Source of the DNA: Candidatus Woesearchaeota archaeon
GTDB taxonomy: Archaea; Nanobdellota; Nanobdellia; Pacearchaeales; GW2011-AR1
Direction of reading: 5' to 3'
DNA length: 12,557 nucleotides
Assembly: GCA_964514585.1 (NCBI GenBank)
Contig: CAZETU010000008.1
Location: 1 to 12,557, forward strand
Numbering within the stretch: position 1 is the stretch's first letter; each line of letters begins with the position of its first letter. This document shows positions 6,489 to 12,557 of this stretch, piece after piece. Below the pieces are notes generated by a model. That model did not search any database. It saw only the letters and a program-made list of their open reading frames with translations, and was not told the DNA's origin. Position numbers and translations under genes: made by a program.

Positions 6489-8351
6489 TTGATGACAAAA
6501 AAAATATCTCTTTACTTTTTAAAACAATACATCTTTTGGATGCTTGTGTTTGTTATTGGAAGAGCTGTTTTTATTATTGCAAACTTAAATGAATTAAACA
6601 ACACAGGTATTGGCGAAATTCTTTTAACATTTTGGTATGCCATTTATCTCGATATTTCTACTGCATGTTACCTAATGGCTTTTCCTTTCCTTTTATTACT
6701 TATTCAATCCTTGCTAAATTTTAAAATATTAAATACAATAAATCTCTACTACACCTATTTAATGATATTTGTTTTTGCCGTAATAACTTCAAGCGAAATT
6801 GGAATTTATGAAGAATGGGGAACAAAACTAAACTATAAAGCACTTACATATCTCAAACATCCTGACGAAATTGTGCGTACTGCAAAAATATCGGTTATGA
6901 TTACAGGTATTCTTCTAATAATATTCCAAACCTTTGTTGGCATTTTTCTTTATCGCAAATTTGTACATCTTAAAAAAATTGAAGCTAAAAGAAACTATAT
7001 ATTCTCTGTTGCATTTTTAATAATTATTCCGGCTTTTATGGTTCTTGGTATTAGAGGCGGAATACAAGAAATTCCTGTTAAACAAAGTGATGTTTACTTC
7101 TCTAAAAATCATTTTTTAAATAAATCTGCCGTTAATTCAGGTTGGAACCTTATTCATAGTATTTCTAAAAATAAAAAGTACATGAATGAAAATCCTTATA
7201 AATATTACAATTATAATGATGCAAAAACACTTGTCAATCAACTTTATTATGTTGAAAAAGACACTACAATAAAAATTTTAACTACTAATAAACCCAACAT
7301 TGTATTTTTAATACTTGAAAGTTGGTCTGCTGATATTGTGCCTGCATGTGGTGGCGACCTGGGTATTACTCCTCGTTTTGACAAACTTGTTGCCGATGGA
7401 TTGGTATTTTCAAACATTTATGGAACAGGTGCCAGATCAGATCAGGGAATTCCTGCCATATTAAGTGGGTTTCCTGCTCAACCAACAACATCAATAATAG
7501 AACAACCAAATAAGGCAAAGAAACTGCCATGCATATCAAAACAATTTCAGGAAAATGGATATCACACATCTTTTCATTTTGGCGGTCAACTAAATTATGG
7601 AAATATTAAAGGATATTTATACGACCACGACTTTGATTTTCTTTTTGAAGAAAAAGATTTTAACAGCAAATTACCAAAAGGACGACTTGGTTATCATGAT
7701 GAATACCTCTTTGACCAATTTTTAAATGATTTAACCACATTTAAAGAACCTTTTTTGGCTGTTGCATTTACTTTAAGTTCACATTCTCCATACGACCAGC
7801 CAATGCCGGAAATCCTACACTGGGGTGACGATGAAAAGGATTACATAAACTCGGCATACTACACCGATAGCTGCATTGGCGATTTTTTCACTAAAGCAAA
7901 ACAACAAGATTGGTACAAGAACACATTATTTATTATAATTGCAGACCATAGTCATAGCACACCTCGTAGCACAAGTTTTGTTTCTCCTGAATACAAAAAG
8001 ATACCAATGTTATTTTATGGAAATGTTTTAAAAGATGAATTTAAAGGATCTGTTTACAATAAGATATGCTCACAAACCGATATCCCCTCTACCCTGCTTT
8101 CACAATTAGGTATTTCAAAAAAGCAATATACATGGAGCAGAAACTTATTTAACCCAAATATAAAAGAATTTGCATATTACGCTTTTAAAGATGGCGTTGG
8201 CTGGGTTGTTGACAGCAACCAGTTTGCTTATAGTCATCAAGACGAAAGATATTATATTAATCGCTTTACTCCTGCCGCCAATAAAGATAGCATAATTAAA
8301 GATGGCAAAAGCTATCTGCAAGTTCTGTTTGAAGAATATTTGGATTATTAA
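6489..8351 (+). CDS. LTA synthase family / sulfatase-like phosphoglycerol transferase (LtaS/MdoB-like)
   Basis: About five N-terminal TM helices, then an alkaline-phosphatase-superfamily domain: PNIVFLILES, GTGARSDQGIPAILSG (nucleophile position), TLSSHSPY and FIIIADHSH. The likely start is ATG 6492. It lies 27-30 nt from the receptor gene, so they are probably co-transcribed. Confidence 0.9.
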   Translation: MMTKKISLYFLKQYIFWMLVFVIGRAVFIIANLNELNNTGIGEILLTFWYAIYLDISTACYLMAFPFLLLLIQSLLNFKILNTINLYYTYLMIFVFAVITSSEIGIYEEWGTKLNYKALTYLKHPDEIVRTAKISVMITGILLIIFQTFVGIFLYRKFVHLKKIEAKRNYIFSVAFLIIIPAFMVLGIRGGIQEIPVKQSDVYFSKNHFLNKSAVNSGWNLIHSISKNKKYMNENPYKYYNYNDAKTLVNQLYYVEKDTTIKILTTNKPNIVFLILESWSADIVPACGGDLGITPRFDKLVADGLVFSNIYGTGARSDQGIPAILSGFPAQPTTSIIEQPNKAKKLPCISKQFQENGYHTSFHFGGQLNYGNIKGYLYDHDFDFLFEEKDFNSKLPKGRLGYHDEYLFDQFLNDLTTFKEPFLAVAFTLSSHSPYDQPMPEILHWGDDEKDYINSAYYTDSCIGDFFTKAKQQDWYKNTLFIIIADHSHSTPRSTSFVSPEYKKIPMLFYGNVLKDEFKGSVYNKICSQTDIPSTLLSQLGISKKQYTWSRNLFNPNIKEFAYYAFKDGVGWVVDSNQFAYSHQDERYYINRFTPAANKDSIIKDGKSYLQVLFEEYLDY

Positions 8352-8361
8352 CTAAAAAGAA

Positions 8362-8433
8362 GTGCCTAAAATTAAAAATGCCTAAAATGCCTAAAGTTAT
8401 TTTACTTCGGTCTTCTGACTTCGGTCTTCTAAC
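8362..8433. repeat. Cluster of short tandem repeats
   Basis: TGCCTAAA at 8363, 8379 and 8388. ACTTCGGTCTTCT at 8404 and 8418 (14-bp period). Confidence 0.8.
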
Positions 8434-8443
8434 TCTTTTTATA

Positions 8444-8875
8444 CACTGTCGTGATATAGTTGCACACTGCCGTGATATAGCAATACTGTTTCATCTAATC
8501 AACAATTAGTTTCATGCAAACATCAAATTGTTTCATGCGATTACCAAACTGTTTCATATAATCATCAACATATTCCATCCAAAAAAGAACTCGTTCAGAA
8601 CTACTTTTTACTACTTATTCCCAACTTTTATGTAGTATCTAAGTACTTTTAAGTAGTCTTGATACTACTTTTTACTGCTTATTTCCGACTTTTACTAGTA
8701 TTTAAGTACTTTTAAGTAGTCCTGATACTACTTTTTACTACTTATTTCCGACTTTTACTAGTATCTAAGTACCTTTTACTAGTATCTAAGTACTTTTTAC
8801 TAGTATTTAAGTACTTTTAATTAGTCCTGATATTGCTTTTTACTAGTACGTATACTGGTTTTTGTGTCTTATTTA
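8444..8875 (-). repeat. Non-coding ~21-bp periodic array downstream of copy 2
   Basis: Twelve TTTTA cores end at 8610-8842 (mean spacing 21.1). A 63-bp tandem duplication covers 8642-8704/8705-8767 (3 mismatches). GTTTCAT at 8488, 8509, 8530 and 8551. CAC-N4-GTG at 8444 and 8465. The 63-bp repeat has stops in all six frames. Confidence 0.9.
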
Positions 8876-8896
8876 CTGCAATTTAACTATTTTCAC

Positions 8897-8924
8897 AAAA
8901 AAAAGCCCCGATTTTCGGAGCTTT
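8897..8924 (-). terminator. Rho-independent terminator of copy 2
   Basis: Minus strand reads AAAGCTCCGA-AAA-TCGGGGCTTT plus a T8 tract. The one stem change (A>G) turns U-A into a U-G wobble. Confidence 0.88.
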
Positions 8925-8945
8925 AATATTTTATAAGATATTTAA

Positions 8946-9130
8946 TTATTTAACGTGAGCTTGGGGATAAGAAAGAAACATAAAAACAATTGTCATTTTG
9001 AGTGGATTTTAGGAGTGAAACGGAGAAAATTTGTATCGAAAAATAGAAAATGATTTGTTTTCGATACAAAATTCTTGCAGAATTTCACTCAAACTGACAC
9101 CAATTTCTTAAATCAAACTCTCGTTATTTA
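8946..9130. mobile_element. Palindromic MITE-like or attC-like insert (171 bp between 7-bp direct repeats TTATTTA)
   Basis: Absent from copy 1. TTATTTA at 8946-8952 and 9124-9130. Ends TAACGTGAGCTTG/CAAACTCTCGTTA pair 11/13. Inner stems include TTTGTATCGAAAA (9030-9042)/TTTTCGATACAAA (9058-9070). Confidence 0.8.
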
Positions 9131-9648
9131 TTTTCGGAGTCTTCTTGCTCAATATAAACTTCTGCGCCGGGAACAGGTTCGCCTGTTACTGATGCAGGAC
9201 GACCAGGAAACTGTGCTGCCAAATCCTCATAAATGCTTGTACTACCCGGCACATTCTGATTTGCAGCCAAACGCACATTTTGGTAAAATGCCAATGCATT
9301 ATGATAAATATCGGTACTTAGCAACATACCGGTATCTTCCATACTTTCTAAAATACTATTTGATTGTTTTATCAAATCTAAAAATATACTACGAGCCAAC
9401 CTGTCTTTGTCAAATTCTTCTTTACTCAAATAAAAAGGCACAAGCTTTGGGTTTTGTACCATATATGTATCTACTTTATCTATCCAGTATTGAGTATTAT
9501 TGCCAATACTACCATACTGTCTGCGTTCTTCGGGAGTTAGGTTTATAACCTTGCCAGATAATACACTTACTATTTCCTCCATACTTTTGTTTAGTTTACC
9601 AATTTCCTCTTCAGTAAACGATACTTTAATTAAATTGTCTAATGCCAT
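9124..9648 (-). CDS. Conserved hypothetical alpha-helical protein, copy 2 (identical to 3100-3624)
   Basis: Nucleotide sequence is identical to copy 1 over all 525 bp. Confidence 0.85.
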   Translation of the reverse strand: MALDNLIKVSFTEEEIGKLNKSMEEIVSVLSGKVINLTPEERRQYGSIGNNTQYWIDKVDTYMVQNPKLVPFYLSKEEFDKDRLARSIFLDLIKQSNSILESMEDTGMLLSTDIYHNALAFYQNVRLAANQNVPGSTSIYEDLAAQFPGRPASVTGEPVPGAEVYIEQEDSENK

Positions 9649-9729
9649 AACTTAAGTTTTTTAAATAAATTAATAATTTTGATTATTTCTCTTAAATACA
9701 GCCACAAATGGCTATATTCTTGTATTTAC

Positions 9730-9761
9730 CAAAAATACAGATAATGATTTAAATTACCAAA
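9730..9761 (-). promoter_or_regulatory. Bacteroidota promoter for copy 2
   Basis: Minus strand TTTG (9761-9758)-N20-TATTTTTG (9737-9730). Confidence 0.75.
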
Positions 9762-9876
9762 TATTTTTTTATTAATTCTGCGTTTTTTTGTTCTCCTTTT
9801 TTTTGTTACTTTTGCTAAACTAAATACTTATAACTATAAGAGAAATAAAAAACACTACGCATTTTAGCGGAGTGTT

Positions 9877-10431
9877 ATGGGCAAAGCTGAGAAAAACCAT
9901 ACATTAATAAAATTAAAGAAAATGAAAAGAAATCCACTACCAGAAAGCAAATCGTTAACAGGAGATTGGTTTGAACAAGGGTTAAAAGAATTTGAAGACC
10001 TAATCAAAGAGAGACTTGTAGATTGTGATGAAAATAGCGACAAGAAAAAGACTAAAAGAAAACTAACGGACAATGATAATCTTTGTGGAGATTGTTGTTT
10101 AGAATTTTTCTATTTCTACGATAGTCGTTTGACTCATATTCCAGCATACAAAAATGCAATATGGATTAAGGTTCATAACTTAAATGGTATTAATATTTGG
10201 TTGCGAATAGGCTTTAATCAACATGGTAGAAAAAAAGTTGAAGTTTATAGCAAATGTGATTTAGACTGTCTGAACCTTATAAAAGAGAAAACTTATGCAT
10301 TGTCTCCTGATTTTATAAAAAATGGAATTATTTGGAGAGAACAACATAGAGTTGCCAATGTGTCTTTTTCTGAAATTATAGATAGAATCTGTAAGTTGAT
10401 TGATTGTTTATGTAACGCAAAATGTAAGTAA
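9877..10431 (+). CDS. Cys-rich hypothetical protein
   Basis: 184-aa ORF filling the gap before the FG-GAP gene. It has 10 Cys and no recognised domain. An alternative start is ATG 9922 (MKRNP). Confidence 0.6.
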   Translation: MGKAEKNHTLIKLKKMKRNPLPESKSLTGDWFEQGLKEFEDLIKERLVDCDENSDKKKTKRKLTDNDNLCGDCCLEFFYFYDSRLTHIPAYKNAIWIKVHNLNGINIWLRIGFNQHGRKKVEVYSKCDLDCLNLIKEKTYALSPDFIKNGIIWREQHRVANVSFSEIIDRICKLIDCLCNAKCK

Positions 10432-10480
10432 TTCCTAAAATATAAAGTTCAAATTGTAATAATTAAAACCAATAATAAAA

Positions 10481-12475
10481 ATGAAGAAAATATTCCACTT
10501 ATTAATTCTTAGCCTTATATCAACAAATATTTTTTCTCAAGTAACATGGGGCTCACAGCAGATAATTTCAACTTCTGCTGATTATGCACGTTCAGTTTAC
10601 TCATGTGACATTGACGGTGATGGCGATAATGATGTCCTTTCGGCATCTTTATATAATATTGCTTGGTATGTAAATGATGGTAATGGTAACTTTAGTTCTC
10701 AACAAATAGTTACAGATGCTATATTAGGTGGGAGGTCTGTATTTGCTTGTGATATAGATGGTGATGGCGATAATGATGTCCTTTCTGCTTCATTTAACGA
10801 TGATAAAATAGCATGGTATGAAAATACAAATGGGCTTGGGAGTTTTGGAACACAACAAATAATTTCCTCTAGCAGTGATGGTCCTGAATCTGTATTTGCA
10901 TGTGATTTAGATGGTGACGGCGATAATGATGTCCTTTCTGCTTCAAGTACTGATGGTAATATTGTACGGTATGAAAATACTGATGGACAAGGGAGTTTTG
11001 TTGCACACGTAGTTTCATATAATGCCGATGGTGCTGCATCTGTCTTTGCTTGTGATATAGATGGTGATGGTGATAATGATGTTCTTTCAGCCTGTAGTTT
11101 TGATGATAAAATAGTATGGTACGAAAATAATGGAAATGGTCAAATTATTTCTAATACAGTAATTTCAACAAATGCCGATGGTGTTAGATCTGTATTTGCA
11201 TGTGATTTAGATGGTGACGGCGATAATGATGTCGTTTCAGGGGGGGGTGCTGCTAGTACATTTGATATTGGATTATTTGAAAATACTGATGGCTATGGAA
11301 GTTTTTTGTTAATAGACGATATTTCTGAAACTGCAAATAATGGATTTGATATATTTTCCTGTGATATAGACGGCGATGGTGATAATGACATATTGTCTGC
11401 TTCTTTCTATCAAAATAAAATAAGCTGGCATGAAAATAATGGAAATAGTCAAATTATTTCTAATCAAGTAATTTCAACAAATGCCGATGGTGCTATATCT
11501 GTCTTTGCGTGTGATATAGATGGTGATGGTGATAATGATGTTCTTTCCGCCTCTAATTCAGATAATAAAATAGCTTGGTACAGAAATAATACCACACCTC
11601 TTATAATTACACAACCAAACAATATAAATATTTGTGAAAATAATAATACATTATTTATCATAGAAGCTAATTATATAACAAATTTTCAATGGCAAGTTGA
11701 TACTGGGAGTGGATTTATAAATATTTTGGGAAATAGTATCTATAGTAATGCAACAGAAGATACTTTAAATATTTCAAATGCAACATATTCAATGAACGGA
11801 TATCAATATCGTTGTCTTGCATTTAATAATAACGATACATCTTTTTCTAGTATTGCTTTATTGTCCATTAATCCAACATATTACAGCACAGCTAATGAAT
11901 CAGTCTGCAATGAAGATAGTATACTATGGCAAGGTACATATTACAACGCAATTGGACAATATTTTGAAAATTACCAGACTTTAAATTCATGTGATAGTAT
12001 TTATGAATTGAATTTGAATATAATTGTTGTAAATACTGCTGTTTCTCAAACTGACACAATTTTAACAGCAAATACAACAGGAGCATCATATCAGTGGTTA
12101 GATTGTGATAATTCTTTTTCAATAATAACAGGAGAGACAAACCAGTTGTTTACAGCAACTGCTAATGGAAATTATGCAGTAGAAATAACAGAAAATGGAT
12201 GTACAGATACGTCTTTTTGTTATAGCGTAACTTCTGTTGGTGTTTTTGAATATTCTTCAAATTCATATATTTCAATTTATCCCAACCCAACAACAGGAAA
12301 AATAACAATACAGGCAAAGTGCATAGAGAAAATAGAGATTATGAATATACAGGGAAAACAAATATATATTGGTATTAAAAACGAAATAGATTTAAGTAAT
12401 GAGCCAAAAGGTATCTATATTATAAAAGTAACAACAAAAAAAGGTGTAGCAGTTGGAAAAGTTGTTTTGGAGTAA
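10481..12475 (+). CDS. T9SS-secreted FG-GAP/VCBS-repeat beta-propeller protein with Ig-like domains
   Basis: Signal peptide, seven CD(I/L)DGDGDND(V/I) repeats, an Ig-like segment (FQWQ...YQYRC), a CDSIYELNL module, a YQWLDC...GNYAVEIT module, and a T9SS CTD (IYPNPTTG...GIYIIKV...KVVLE). Confidence 0.92.
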   Translation: MKKIFHLLILSLISTNIFSQVTWGSQQIISTSADYARSVYSCDIDGDGDNDVLSASLYNIAWYVNDGNGNFSSQQIVTDAILGGRSVFACDIDGDGDNDVLSASFNDDKIAWYENTNGLGSFGTQQIISSSSDGPESVFACDLDGDGDNDVLSASSTDGNIVRYENTDGQGSFVAHVVSYNADGAASVFACDIDGDGDNDVLSACSFDDKIVWYENNGNGQIISNTVISTNADGVRSVFACDLDGDGDNDVVSGGGAASTFDIGLFENTDGYGSFLLIDDISETANNGFDIFSCDIDGDGDNDILSASFYQNKISWHENNGNSQIISNQVISTNADGAISVFACDIDGDGDNDVLSASNSDNKIAWYRNNTTPLIITQPNNINICENNNTLFIIEANYITNFQWQVDTGSGFINILGNSIYSNATEDTLNISNATYSMNGYQYRCLAFNNNDTSFSSIALLSINPTYYSTANESVCNEDSILWQGTYYNAIGQYFENYQTLNSCDSIYELNLNIIVVNTAVSQTDTILTANTTGASYQWLDCDNSFSIITGETNQLFTATANGNYAVEITENGCTDTSFCYSVTSVGVFEYSSNSYISIYPNPTTGKITIQAKCIEKIEIMNIQGKQIYIGIKNEIDLSNEPKGIYIIKVTTKKGVAVGKVVLE

Positions 12476-12557
12476 GTTTATGTTATAACCACAATGGCGC
12501 TAATTTGTAATCAGTACCCTGGGATATTTGGCTTATTAGCTAAAAAAGAATCTAAGT

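Larger units (their letters stand above)
8857..9769 (-). repeat. Right arm of long inverted duplication, interrupted by a 178-bp insert
   Basis: Reverse complement of 2979-3713, with extra sequence between the stop codon and the terminator. Confidence 0.95.

Noticed and set aside
5283-7569. Small alternative-frame ORFs at 5283-5501, 6208-6441 and 7366-7569
   Set aside because: They are embedded in long, well-supported genes and have no independent support.
8465-8480. Resemblance of TATCACGGCAGTG (minus) to the lambda operator TATCACCGCCAGTGGTA
   Set aside because: The spacing differs and there is no phage or cI context, so it is likely coincidental.
2979-9769. Classical composite transposon
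   Set aside because: The flanking repeats encode no DDE, HUH, serine or tyrosine recombinase motif, and I found no outer TIR or target duplication.
9849-9880. AAC-hairpin-GTTATG as a further attC site
   Set aside because: At about 30 bp it is far too short, and there is no complementary end after the downstream gene.
11464-12140. Minus-strand ORFs 11464-11661 and 11892-12140
   Set aside because: They are antisense to the FG-GAP gene.
12476-12557. Possible start of another palindromic site after the FG-GAP gene (TTATAACC...)
   Set aside because: It is truncated by the window edge, has no GTATA box, and there is no matching GTT start upstream of the gene.

Overview
AT-rich Bacteroidota-type DNA (TAnnTTTG promoters, T9SS C-terminal domain, TonB-dependent receptor) with three layers. 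(1) 1-2756: an integron-like array of promoterless minus-strand cassettes (a NucS-like nuclease/DUF5655 + DUF6155 pair, a SIMPL gene, and the start of another gene). They are separated by AAC...GTT palindromes, and each cassette's two ends are reverse complements of each other. No integrase is in the window. (2) 2979-9769: two inverted copies of a module made of promoter + 174-aa unknown gene (CDS 100% identical) + terminator + non-coding ~21-bp-periodic array that has diverged between copies. The copies point inward around a TonB-dependent receptor / LTA-synthase-family gene pair. The right copy carries an extra 178-bp palindromic insert at the stop codon. (3) 9877-12475: a Cys-rich hypothetical gene and a seven-repeat FG-GAP T9SS cargo protein. 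The duplicated gene-plus-array module and the cassette array are the best candidates for undescribed biology. All family assignments are from motif recognition by eye; no searches were run.
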